From: Raillietiella orientalis
Lineage: Eukaryota
NCBI GenBank assembly: GCA_036172245.1
Contig: JAYWIR010000030.1
Location: forward strand, 682,001-746,000
Length of the DNA stretch: 64,000 nt
Direction: 5' to 3'
Below the pieces are notes generated by a model. The model did not search any database and was not told the DNA's origin. It worked only from the letters and a program-made list of their open reading frames with translations. The position numbers and the translations under genes were made by a program. Of this stretch, positions 44,760 to 57,649 are shown piece by piece. How positions within the stretch are numbered: the first letter of the stretch is position 1; every line of letters begins with the position of its first letter.

Positions 44760-47700
44760 GTGAATAGGAAAACCTTGTGAAAGAAACCACGTATGTAGTG
44801 TTGATGCTTGTGTTTATGATTTGGAAGCATATTTTTTAGTCTAGGAGACTGGGTTCGCACGGATTCCTGGTCTTGTGCCAAGACAACTGTCTTGGCACAA
44901 GACCTATCTGGTGTATCCTCCAGTAACAGAGCATGGGATCGCACAGTGTGTAAGACTCATACCTCATGAGTTTGGAACAGGAACAGCATGGAACTGTGAT
45001 CTAAATGTGCCAGGAGCAGTCGGTCTTCTCCTCGGCTGCCCAGGTGAACGCTCACGCTGAGACCACGGCACTCGTGTTGCACACGAGCATGGCAATGTGG
45101 GCAGTGTGGTCGTCAAATGCACCACCAGTGGTGAGAAGGAACGAAAAACTTGTCATCTTCAAAATTCAAGTAGTGGATGTAACCATCCTGAAAGTGTGCC
45201 CGGAATTTAAGCATTCAAGATAGGACCAATAAAACTGTCAGCTGCGAGAGACATACATTGTAGAAAAAGAACGCGAACTTTAAATGGATCTGGGAATTGT
45301 GCCACACAATCGAGGTTTCGTAGTCTACATTGACTAAAAAAGTACAGAAAGTCTTGCTGAAAAAGACATCAATTTCAGCAGCCAGATCGTGGGCAGTATA
45401 GGGAAGGCCACGACCATTGCAGATCTCCAGTCGGGAAGAGTCGGACATGAATTCCATACGAACCAATTGGTGGTCACGAGAAACTCGAAAGGAAGTAAAG
45501 GATGTGCGATTCCCCAGCCTGATGAGAGAGATCTTCAGCTAGAGGATCCTCATAATCAGACTGGATGAGGATGCGTTCGTTTCAGGATTCGCCAATATGG
45601 ACTCGCTACTGGGAAGTGACGATAAAACACAACAGCCCGCGTCGGAGGCTTTGTGGTTAAGGCTTCCCGCGTGGCACCATGCGTCGCGGGTTCGAATACT
45701 TGGGCAGATAACTTGACGCCACTGCGTCGTTTGGGTTCCGAGTTTCTCCTACAACGGCGCTGGTTGGCCGAGACATTCGGGCGTGGCCCCGGCGGTGGAT
45801 AAAGCCGGCGGCCTGCCGATGAAGGCCGGAACAATGGGAGTCGACCTTCGGGTCCTCCCAGGAATAAAGGAGTGGGGAGTACCCCCTCCTGTGTGCAAAG
45901 GAGAGTGGACCCCCGTCACCGGGGGGACCGCCTCCGGTTTCAAGATGGAGCAGGAGCCCTCACGGGCACCTCTCCAGTCGTTCAAAGGAACGGACCCCCC
46001 TGTTGGGGGGTCCCTCCGAGTCGTCGCCTCTTCACAGAGTGTGTACAAAGGAAAGAAGCAAAGCGAGAGCGATTCCCTGCGGGAAGCTGCAGCGCCCCTT
46101 CTGAGTTTCGGAAGCACCCCTGTGGGGGTTGCCTTCAGAGGAGTGAATAAAGGAGCGGTTCCCTTGCGGGTTCCCTCCGGAGAAGAAATTCCTAGAAGCG
46201 GATCCTTTCCGGGTTCCCTTCGGAGAAGTTGAAATGGAGAGGACCACCACCCCGCAAGGGGGTGTGTGTCCCTCCGGAGAGAATGAGGAAGGAGAGTTCC
46301 CTTCGGGGTTCCCCTTCGGAGACAACCAGGGTGGGAGGTGAGATCCCCCCCGTCCGGGGGGGATCCCTCCCCAAGCGTGAGAGGAACGGACTCCGAGCCC
46401 TTCCTGGATTCAATAGGGCGGACCCCATCCCGGGGTGCCCCCTATCCTGAAGAATATTACACTGAAGAATTACACGCCCCCCCCTGCGGGTTGCCGCGGA
46501 CAGGCATGGAAACAAAAGTGTGTTAATGTTTAAAAAGAGCAACGCGCGCCGCGAGGCACGCGACCGGCTCTGAGGTACTTAGCGAACCAAAAAAAAAAAG
46601 AAAACTTTTAAAAAAAAAAAAAAAGCTGGAAGGAAAACAGCGAAGACAGAAGAAAAAGAAGAACCCAAGGATTACCATCGTCCTAGGCCAATAGTAACGA
46701 TCTCCTCGTGGGGTCGCTACTGGCCTTTTAAAAAAAAAAAAAAAAAAAACACAACAGCCCACGTTTTGCACGGGATGAAAGCAGTTCGGCCAATTAGTAG
46801 CAGCTTGTTGTAGGGCGAAATGTTACAAGTGTAGTCAGGACGATCATCTGCACGCTGCAGATGATCGGCCTGAGCAGCTCTAGTTGCACCCAGCCAGAGA
46901 AGTGCTGCTTCCGCAAGTTGATGTGGCACAAGAAGAGGGATTTTGCACTCGGTGGCTTCGACTGCAGAGAAATGCACAAACCCGTAAAAGAGGCGCACTG
47001 TGAGACAGCAGCCACATCGAGAACGAACCGAATGCAACACAGAACCTGACCACAGACAAGCACCTCACCGAATCAGCAGGAAGGGAAAAGCAAGAAGAAA
47101 ATGAACAAGTGTGTCGCGCAAGCGCCGGAAAGTGTCACAAATGACGAAATGGTGCAAACCCAGCCGGATAATTAAAAAACACAAAGACTGGATTACCACT
47201 GCATACAGAACAGAGATGCCATAATATAGCCAGATAAACTCTTGCGACGAGTGCACGACCTGCTCTGTGCAGTTACAGGGAAGGTTACCAGAAAAAAGTA
47301 CACGGTTGCAGACTGCAAGACCAGACCAACGAGGTTTGCTACTGCAATCAACCCCCCCTCCTCCCCCCAAAAGTACGAAAGATCCAAACAGAGCCAAAGA
47401 ACTACGACCGAATTAAATGGTGGTGGCAGAGGCTAGCGGATACACAGCTGAACTGACAAGTTAATGTGTAGACCGTGAACGGAAGCGCTGAAAATCCAGA
47501 CTGAAGAGAATCTCATGCAGACATGGACTCCGATCGATTCCAATTAAGGAAAGGACTGACATCAGCAGAGGGGAAGCACTTCAACGCGAAACCCAAGTGT
47601 GCCAAACAGAGACATGGCCTTGCTGCTGCAAAACAAAAAGTGCAAGGTTCATCTGAATCCCCAACGAATGTTTCGGATCAGAAAGCACATGACCATTCAG

Positions 47701-48750
47701 AGTGGAATTGTCTAAGATTTTAACGAGAGCAGAAAGGACTTCCCTATTTGTTATTGGAATATATCTTTTGGAATTTCGATTCATTGGGGTTTTAATAAGC
47801 GATCCTCTCCTCTGCTTAATAAGCGATCCTCGGATTGGAGAAAAACCTGACGGATGCGCCTAAGGCACACCCCGTACTTTGCCAGCGTAGTGAGGTCGCA
47901 AAGCACTGAGGTGAGAAGAATCGGACTGAAGCAAGACAGTTCGGTACCTGTCAAACCCAACAATTCTCGGACCCGGAGATGACAGAATCGTCCATTAGAC
48001 AAGTATCAGTGTCTTTCACGGCCAACACAACAAAATCTTAAAAAGCTAAAAACAGAAACTGAATAAGAAATGTGGATGAGCACTCTAAAGAATCGCATGT
48101 GGAAGTGCAGATTTGTTACCTTCCCTATAAGAACTACACACCACCGCAGTGCACGAGATCCGTTTGGTATAATATAAAATAGAGAAAAATTCGATCATGT
48201 AAACAAAATCGTGTCTTCTATTAATAAGTTCCTGACATATGCCGAGACTTGAATACAGGTTAATTACCTCACAGAACGAGGCACAGATCTCGATGGAAGG
48301 GTCATAAGGAGAACGAGGAAGATGATACCATGAACCTGAATCATTCGATTTCATCCCTCTTCCCTGTGCTATAAGTTACCTTGGAGTGCTTCGCCTAATA
48401 CGGCGAAATAAGGAAAAGCATGAAGATAGAGGTGAAAAGTGTTTTCTGGAGAGAAGCGTCGTGAAAATCTTGTTCCAGAAAGATGCCAAGATCCCGAGTT
48501 GCCGAGCTTGCAAACCACGTGTCACTACCACTCACATTTTCGCCCAAAGTACATGGAGTTCTGTCATAGAGACATCGCATACCAGTCCGCTGTGTTAATT
48601 CGTTTATACCACTACTATGTTCGTCCTGTGAAAGAATATGCCACCTGGATCCCCGAGTTCCCAGACCCTAAAAAATGTTACTTCTGCAGAGCTGCAGGTC
48701 ATTTAAAAAGAATGTCAGAAACAGAATAAAGAAGATTGCAAAGAAAATCT
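44760..48750 (+). mobile_element. Decayed CR1/L2-like LINE interrupted by SINE copy 2
   Basis: Gag-knuckle-like EKCCFRKLMWH...C..MH at about 46900, and clear RT C-terminal LIRLYHYYVRPVKEYATWI (cf. LYKSYVRPxLEY) at about 48590-48650. Start is approximate. Confidence 0.5.
45635..46749 (+). mobile_element. tRNA-headed SINE-like element, copy 2, with tandem stem-loop body, 3' extension, poly(A) and TSD
   Basis: A-box-like TGTGGTTAAGG (45652) and B box GGTTCGAATAC (45689). Core ends GAGGTACTTAGCGAACC at 46588. A20 tail at 46730-46749. Perfect 15-nt direct repeat AAAACACAACAGCCC at 45624-45638 and 46746-46760. Confidence 0.88.
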
Positions 48751-50416
48751 GTTAGCGTGCAAAAATTCAAGCATATTCCATGATAAATCATAAAACCGAC
48801 TAACAGGATACAGACATAGGTTTGCGGTCTTTGCTTTTCTCAAACCATGGGTCTAAAGAAAGGTAGAAAGATAAACTCATGCAAAACAACTAGAAGAAGA
48901 GTCTCCTGTCCCTTCCATAAGACACAACAGTGAATTCCCCGAAAGTAGCATGCAGCTCAGGTACAAGTCCAAGAGAAGCCGCAAAGCATCATCCACGAAG
49001 GAGAAAAACTTTGAGAGAAAGAGGTACAACTCTGGGTAACTGCCAAAGCGATTTCCCTCTTTTAAAAAATAGACGACAGAAGTCGAAGTAACCTACTGGT
49101 GAGACTTATCTCTTACATTAAAACTAGTGGTTACTCCAAAAATAAGTTCATGGAAGTACAATTTGAGAACAAAGTCAAAGCAACCATATCCAGCGGAAAA
49201 GACAGTAAACAAGGGATCCAGCATTCCTTTTCGATCTCAATTATATGGAGGTTGAGAGCTCTCAAGAAACCAATATACAAAAGGAAGGAAAGGACATGGG
49301 CAGTTTTCTTGAAGAACTACAAGGAAATGGCATTCTGAGATTCATTATTTTATTTTCACTGAGATACTGTATTGAATATTACCGTGAGTGTAAATTTAAG
49401 CACAAAGAAACAAGATGGAAGAATCTCTTAATATGGATATCGAAGTACAAAGTCGGTCAGCGGTGAAGGCAACCCATCGGAACAAAATATAAGGGAAGTA
49501 TGGAGTTCTGGAATGTGGATTGCTGTTTGTATGTTTTTTCGCTATGGTTCCAATAAAATAATCCCATTTCTTGTCGGATTGAAGAAAGAGGATCATTTTT
49601 TAATTTTTACTTTGGAGATAAAATTAATAGCATGTGACAGATTAATGTATGGCATCTAACTCCGCATTGCACCTTTCGGAAAAGAAGATTTGACGAATGT
49701 TTAACAAGATCACTGTGTTGATATGTTTATGTTAGTGTGAATTTCTCTCTCTTTGCTGCAACAACATTCCGTGGAAATTTTTTTCCAAAGAGAGTCCTCT
49801 ATTTTACATATGGAATGCATATTCTCCTTTTAGACAATTTCAAATATCCATTCATTTCATTCTTCATTCATGCATCGATGTGTAAAGTATCAATAAGTCA
49901 TTATTAGAATTTTATGAAAAGAAATTCGAGAATCATAACAGTAAAATTAGGTTTAGGTTATACCTCTATATTAAGTAATTACAGAATACATTACAATGAC
50001 ATATTTACGAGTGTCTAATTTATTAGGCAATAACTAATTTTAATCCACTTTACAGTGCAAGAGGATACACGTCTTATAATATTCACAAAAGAATAATTGC
50101 CTTTAAGGGAAAAGTAAAAAAAAATACTTCTCGTTAATGAATAACTAAGAATATCTATAAACTTCATTAAAAAACTGTAATTTGAATGCATTTATGCCCC
50201 AGTGTAATTTGCGTCCACATCCCATTCCAATGAGAAGTTTTGAAGCAGTATTCTAAGAGTTTTTAACATTTTGTCAGATCCTATACAATACAATTGTATT
50301 ATTTTATTTTCAATTGTACGAAAACTTATTTTATATCACAATATTCGAATAAATTTCATACAACTATTCATTTTAGTAATTCTAGGAGTAGAACGCGAAT
50401 CTGATGGGAAAATAAA

Positions 50417-50444
50417 TTACGTCACTTGGCACATCAATGAGTCA
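50417..50444 (+). promoter_or_regulatory. ATF/CRE-like site (TTACGTCA) and AP-1 site (TGAGTCA) upstream of Jun
   Basis: TTACGTCA at 50417-50424 and TGAGTCA at 50438-50444, 64-91 nt before the Jun ATG. Confidence 0.55.
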
Positions 50445-50507
50445 GCATTGAAGGAGCTGAGTGTGTTGTGACACAAAAAGTGAAAATTTGATATGAAATA
50501 AGAAAAT

Positions 50508-51341
50508 ATGGATGCTTTATGCAATAGCAATAATGCCGGTCTGAATTCGAAAGAAAAAATAAATATGCTGAAAAAAGGTTTAACATTGGATTTGAATGCT
50601 GCAAGGAATTCAAGGAAACAGAAATTTTTCAGTCCGATTCTGAGCTCCCCTGATTTGAAAATGTTGAAGTTAGCATCTCCAGAGCTTGAAAAACTAATAA
50701 TACAGCACAATTCTCTTGCCACACCAACGCCAACTCAGATTTTCTTCCCCAAAAATACAGTAACTGAAGAACAAGAGATGTTTGCTAAAGGTTTTCAAGA
50801 TCAGTTAGCTGAGCTTCATAACAGTGATGGTGGAAATAGTTGTGGACCGAAAAATTCAGTGGATATTTTTAACATTAGCACCAATTCGAGAAATATAAGC
50901 AGTACTTCAGAGTCGTCTGATGACAAATCATGCAATAATTATTTGATTGGCTGCAATCTGCATAGATCAGAAATAGCTGATTCCAACTCATTTGTCAATC
51001 CATCTTTTGTAACGCAAATTTTACATGTGAAAGGTGAACCCACCACCAACATGAGATCTTCATCTCCTGTCTCTCCTATTGATATGGAAACTCAGGAAAA
51101 AATAAAGTTAGAAAGAAAACGACAAAGAAACAGGATTGCAGCATCCAAATGTAGAAGAAGAAAGCTGGAAAGAATTGCAAAATTGGAGGAGAAGGTCAAA
51201 CATTTATCTGGTGAAAACAATGAATTAATGACAGTAGTAAATAAGCTACGAAATGAAGTGTATTGTTTAAAGCAAGAGGTTGCTGAACATATTCATTGTG
51301 GTTGTGAAATTTCTGCTAATCAATCTATAGAACTCAACTGA
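50508..51341 (+). CDS. Jun: Transcription factor Jun (AP-1 bZIP), intronless
   Basis: 277 aa ORF. JNK-docking [64 protein letters not shown], basic region [21 protein letters not shown] and leucine zipper. Confidence 0.98.
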   Translation: MDALCNSNNAGLNSKEKINMLKKGLTLDLNAARNSRKQKFFSPILSSPDLKMLKLASPELEKLIIQHNSLATPTPTQIFFPKNTVTEEQEMFAKGFQDQLAELHNSDGGNSCGPKNSVDIFNISTNSRNISSTSESSDDKSCNNYLIGCNLHRSEIADSNSFVNPSFVTQILHVKGEPTTNMRSSSPVSPIDMETQEKIKLERKRQRNRIAASKCRRRKLERIAKLEEKVKHLSGENNELMTVVNKLRNEVYCLKQEVAEHIHCGCEISANQSIELN

Positions 51342-51480
51342 TTTTTTAATAAGTTTTTATAAATCACTATTGCCAAACATTAAAAACAGGCCTGTTCCAG
51401 TTTAAGAATGTACATGTAAGTATATCGAAAATATTTATGAATAAGAAACCAATACAAGTGTGTAAAAACGATGAAACACT

Positions 51481-54413
51481 TTATTTGACTGTGATGTTAA
51501 CAATAGAAATATCTTCATGAGGTTTATCGGTCTTAGGATTAGTCTTCACATTACTAATGTTCTGTACAACTTCCATACCTTTTATTACTCTTCCAAACAC
51601 AGTATGCTTGTTATCTAGCCAGGGCTAATAAACAGTTGCATATTTAGTAATTCAATATTGTGTCCTTACTGTTGGTATAACAGTTATGAAGAATTGACTG
51701 CCATTTGTGTTTGGTCCAGCATTGGCCATGCTGACAGTATAGGGGCGATCATGACGTAAAGATGGATGAAATTCATCTTCGAATTCTCCTCCCCAAATAC
51801 TTTCTCCTCCTGTACCAGTTCCTGTAGGATCACCTGTCTGAATCATAAAACTCTTGATGACCCGATGAAAAATATGCCCATTGTAATAGCCATTTTTGCT
51901 ATGCACACAAAAATTCTCAACAGTTTTAGGGCATTCTTTCATAAAAAGCTTGATGTACACATCTCCCAAGGAAGTGTGAATGATAGCATTTTCGTACAAA
52001 CGCTGCTGCCCTTAAAAGCACTTGCACAAAATGCTGACCACTAAGATTTACCTGTGGCTTCAGTAGCTGATATTATATCTTCTTTGGATGGTTTTTCATT
52101 GAATATGTCTCTATCATTGTCTACACTTTTGCTATCTTCAGGACCTCTTCTGCCATTCCTTAAAATATATCAGAAATATTAACAATTCCTCCATACTTGC
52201 TGAATAAGTAGAAACGATTTTTCTTGAAAGCAGTGCAGCAAAGAGTAGGATCTGCTTGTGATGATTCCAATGTGGGATTTTCCGCTGCCTCCATTTCCAT
52301 GGTTATTACTGCTTTTCCTTTTTTACTTTTACCCTTTGATGAAGCTTGCTTGTCTGCTAATTATAGTTATTACATACTTGAAACAATCCCAGTTGCAAAA
52401 AGCGCAAGTTTTCTGATTTGCCAATAACTTTTACCAGTCGATTATCATGTACATTAATTAATTTGATGCCCAATAGTGTGGCATACATAAGAAAATGACC
52501 AGTCTCATCAAAAACTAAATTACTCCAGTTAATTGCTTCTGATTTCTCCAAATCTCTCTCTGTGGCCATTCTAAAAGAGCTCTATGCCAGTCTTTAAAGT
52601 CTCTTACCTCTTCCCGAATTCCATGTTAGGTAGCATTTGTTGCACTTGTTGCAGATCAGAATATGACTGTAAACTTTCATCAAATACTCGACTAAGGCGA
52701 CCAGATAGAAATTTGAATAGTCGAACCTATAATACACAATTTGCTCACAGTAATGTGATAATTAAAATAATTTAATAATTACTTTGCGATCTGCTCCCAT
52801 GGTAGCAAACTGACTTCCATCATTTGTGAATGCCAGTGAACGAGGAAAAGTTTTATTTTTCAAAAACTCGTATAAATCTGTATCAACTTTTGCATCAAAT
52901 GCTACATTGCGTGGAAACATGAATTCATGTTGCAGGCCAGCCCAATATTCCAACATACCAGAACGATCTGCTGATACAGCAACCCTATATGGAGCATTGT
53001 ACTGAAAACCGCACTGCACAGATTCCACACCAATGCACTTACTTTGATAAGTACAACAGGGTGCTGATGAATTGCTGTCAGCTTATGAATAGGAGCATTG
53101 CTTCCCATTCCATCATATACATAAATTATATGGCCTTCTTGCTCCGACCTATAAAAAGGAAATCCAAGTTATAAATCCAAGCATAACACTTACACAGCAA
53201 TAGCAGCAACAGAGTCTCCTGTACCATGGATCCACTCACAGCAATATGGAACATACTCCAGATCCAGCATGTTAATCATATCTTCAAGGAATTAGCAAAT
53301 TATTAAATCCTTTACTTACCAAAGTTAACAATATCATATACCTTCAATGTTTTGTCATTGGATATAGAACTTAGCAAAGAACCATCATGGTTGGTAGAAA
53401 TGCATTGGATGTTGCCTATGTGACTTCGAAAGTGTTTCACAAATTCAATACCCTCATCCTGTTTTTTCCAAAATTTGATATGTCCATCACAACTAGCAGT
53501 AATCAGAAACTGAGATCTTAAATAGCATGAATAAATGGCTTTCTTAGAATGATGCTTACTTAGTCATGGCAAGGTGAGTTACAGTATCTCTATGCATGTA
53601 GCTACGTTCATACATTTCTGCTCTTGGTAAATTCTCTATGTATAAACTTTCAAATTCTAATTCTAGAAAATAAAATCTCAATTAGGATGCATGATTTTCA
53701 GTAAACAAAAGGAAATAGCTAACATATGCAAAGTTTTATTTGCATATATTTGCAAAGCACACTCCCCCTTTTAATTGTACAAAAAAATGCATTCCACTGA
53801 ATGGAATGAACAGTTAGAAATAAAAAGGTTTTATTTCTGATTTTAACATTTCAATCATTGAAATGAAGAGCTACAAGAGAAATAAGCAGAGCTGAAAAAC
53901 TGAAAACAGAACTGAAATAAAACTGAAGCTTCAACAGAAAACACAAATAAACAAGTGTTTATTAAAAATGTTTTCGTGGCATAACCCAAAAGTTCTGTCA
54001 TTTGCTATATAAACTTTGTACTTAATGCAGCCACAGTGCCAACCTTTGAGGAATCCAAGTTGAAAACCAATAAACATTTACTAAAAGTTTCTTGAAAATA
54101 TGCAGCATGCAACCCATAGCAGAGAAAAAAAACACTCTGTTAACATCTTATCAATAGTGCATTCTCGAAAATCCAAAAAAACAGTAGTAGTTTCAAACTA
54201 GACAATAATGTTTATGTGGTACTGATTACCGGATTATGTAAGCATACTTCCAGAACTGAAAATATCAAAGTAACCTTTTTTTCTCTTTTTTGGGAAGGAG
54301 ACAGCGTTGCCATTTCGGTGTGTTGATTTGTTTTTCGGATCTACGTCAACCTCTGCATATTCCTGGGATTCATCATCCGATGCAATGGAATTCACATCAT
54401 ATTGTTGGATCAT
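51481..54413 (-). CDS. PPWD1: Peptidylprolyl isomerase domain and WD repeat-containing protein 1
   Basis: 12 coding exons. [31 protein letters not shown]40 region, [13 protein letters not shown] and a C-terminal cyclophilin domain ([17 protein letters not shown]...[29 protein letters not shown]). First coding exon 54275-54413. Confidence 0.96.
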
Positions 54414-57400
54414 GATCTCAATGCTTCCTTTGTCTCAACTGAAATTATTTGACACTGTAGAAAAAAAACAAAAACAACAACAATAAGCGCAACATTAAAA
54501 CTGCACAATGAATACAAAATCACAGTTTCCACCGACACTCACAATGCACAACTAAGATGTGAATTTCAACAGTACAGACTCTGGTTGCTCATAAAAAGAA
54601 TAAAAGGCTTCATGAAATCTTCAGCAAGGAAATCCGAAAACAGAATACAAAGATTGAATACGAAAATCCAAATTAGTTTCAAACGTAGGTTCCTTGAAGC
54701 GAAAAATAACAACGCTGACACATTGGGATACGCGCAATTTCTTGCTCTTCATTTACATTATATCTATTTTAAGGATTGCCAAGGCAAGGATTCTGCTATA
54801 TTAACAAACGTTCAAAATTTCCAAAAATGTGAGAAGATTATGCACATTTTTTGCAAATTTTTCAAAATCAAAAATTCACTGACAACATTCGATATTTTCT
54901 CTGCATGATTCCAACCAATAATGGTGCAGAGGAAGCATAGCAGCCATATTTAATTATTTATTTTTATTTATATTCAAAAGTACTAAAAATTATGAAATCA
55001 TAGTCTTATCAGTTCAAAGAGAATTTTTTTGTTTCAACATGTGCTAAATATATCAAGTAAAAGCACTGACATACCAAAGTAAAAAATGCTTAAGCTTCAT
55101 CATCAACTATATATGATTCTTAATAAGTTTGATAATGCATGTACATTTAATTATGTGTATCCACACTCAAATTTTCATGCGACTCTACCTGACTTTGAAC
55201 CAATATACACTGATAGTAATCTCATATGTTCATATAGCATTCGTGAATGAGAAATAATATAGAGACTATATGTCTTTGCAAAACAGCCAAAATGAAGCAC
55301 TAGGAAAAACACAATGAATAAAATAATATATGTATCAACAGAATAATGCGTACATACAATTACACGAGAGACATGTACATAAAACTGAAACGACTTTGAA
55401 TCTGAAATAGTTTTAAAATAAAAGAAAACAAAATGGCCATTTCTTACATTTCGTTCTTACAGCCTATAGTCTTCTAATTAAATCAGAAACTTAAAGAATC
55501 ATAAATACATGAAATCTTAATAGTTTTCAAATTTAAAATTCGATTATGCATTTTTCATTTGTAAGAGAAACTTTCCAATTCCTGATTGAAATTAAATCCC
55601 TAACTCGATATGCGTTTCAAAACAGTGAGTTCTCTAACGGCTTCGAAGTGACGTTTTTCATTTTAAGGCAGAAATTCCATAAAAACCATAAAATCATCAC
55701 GGCAGTTTGTGTATTTACTATTTGAAATGTTTTCACGAATATGTCCCAAACAATTTTTCTTAATGCCAAAGTACTAATTATAGATACCAGGGGTCAGTTT
55801 TATGCAGGGTCTTAGTAAAAAAGGTTTTACAAAGTCATCGACAAAGCCATCAAAGTACTACTGATGATTAGTGAAGCTACTCTACTCTATTAAGCTGCTA
55901 TCGCTCTCGTCCAAACAATCCATATTTATGAAACTGGAAAAAAAGTCTATGAGATTCATAGACAATTCTGAATATAAAAGATTCATATTAATCTCAGAGT
56001 AGCTTAAGCTTGTGGTAATATCACCAGAAAGGGTAAATGTTTCTACTCCCATCACCGAGATGTAGATTCTAGGCATAAAGATGACCGTACAAATGCTATG
56101 AATCTAGGTAAGAAACAGTGGTAGTATTTGAAATATTCGTCCTTTCGGTTATAAATCTTAATTTGAGGAAATCCAAATCTCAAAGTTCCATATGTGATGA
56201 AGTTGAATAATATCGAGAAGATGGATTTGCTAGTTTCCTGGGATTTAATTATTTCCTGTATTCAGATCCAAAAATGTGTTGTCTTAAAGAAACATATAAC
56301 GAAAACTATGCTGTTGCACTTCACCGAAGAATGCAAAATTGAAGTGGATCATTGAATAAATATAATTTAGTGCAACTGTGTTTTAATTTAAACATTATAT
56401 CTATATCTACAAAGGCGAAGATATTTTACAATTCGGTGTTTTTCTCTGGGGGCAATAATTCTTCAATCATTCTTTCAGATTAACTGCCTTCGATTACAGA
56501 TATCACCTATTAATCATAGATATCATGTATTTACCCGAAGCTGTACTTTCGAGGATATATCGAGTGAGGAAAACAGGGTTCGATACAAAAAAACAAAATG
56601 ATAAGACATTACAGATACTACATCTTAAGTAGATGAAATGTGATATGTCGAATGTTTTATATTGAGATTTTATTGTACACGATCCTGAGATGTAACTTTT
56701 AAAAGCACAGACTGTTCTTAGGATAGACCCAAATCCTGTTTATGAAAAGAGATCCACATTTGTAGAGATTTCTCACATTAGTTAATTTGCATGTGAGATT
56801 TCGTTAGATGTTCAGCTATTATCGATAATCACGATTCAGTTTATAATGTTTATGTTCATGTGGATACTGTTATTGAAAGAATGTCAGGTGCATTAATTTA
56901 TGAATAATATAACACTTCAGTTGACACTTCTCAAGAGATATGAGGAAACTTTGCAGATTATGAAGTTGAGAAAAAACTTCTGCACGTTTGCTTAGTGTAT
57001 TTCTTTAGTATTTCACTTCATTCTGTTTTTTTGTGTGTGTGCTGCTGACATCACCTGCGTTTCTGCTATATTCTTATCTATTTTCATGGGATTTTTATTT
57101 GCAGATGCGTGGATTCAGCGAGCCTAGTAAAAGAAAAGTTCAGTTTTTTTCTTCTACTCTCATTGATGAATACCATTCTGTTGAAATAGATTACTGTTGT
57201 ACGTTCCAATAGAATAAGTCTGAAATTTTTCCGCAACAAGCTCAAAACATTTTCTTATTAGTGGCACCCCTAATCCTTTTCTGCTTTTGTAAAACACTCG
57301 TGCTTACCTAGATATTTGCATTTGTTTGAGGCAGTAGAGACACTCACTTATAGACCTCGTAGTTTCATTAGGTTTGCTGAGGATTTCTCTGTTCTTTCAT

Positions 57401-57649
57401 CTAGGAAATCTTTCATTTCTTATCTTTTATAATGATTAATTATTGCACTTGACGTTTTAAAAGAATAGAAGGATGTCACTTGAGCCCCTGTCCCTGATTA
57501 ATGTCCCTGTCCATTAAATTATTGAGTGAATTCATATATTCGCAATGGTGCTTATGCAAATACTGGGTCGTTAAGATAGTGCTGATATTGCTTTAACATA
57601 TTTATAGTGTTCATCAAGCTAATAAATGTTGCATCCAAAACATGAGCAC

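Noticed and set aside
45635..45710. Functional tRNA gene (also at 4446)
   Set aside because: A/B boxes are present but the acceptor, anticodon and T stems do not close and there is no nearby terminator. Treated as a SINE head.
45836..46445. CRISPR array
   Set aside because: Repeats are short and degenerate, the variable parts are self-complementary, there are no cas genes, and the context is an animal genome.
47792..47831. 16-nt direct repeat TTAATAAGCGATCCTC x2 (similar short duplication at 19382-19412)
   Set aside because: Simple local slippage-type duplications in non-coding or fossil TE DNA.
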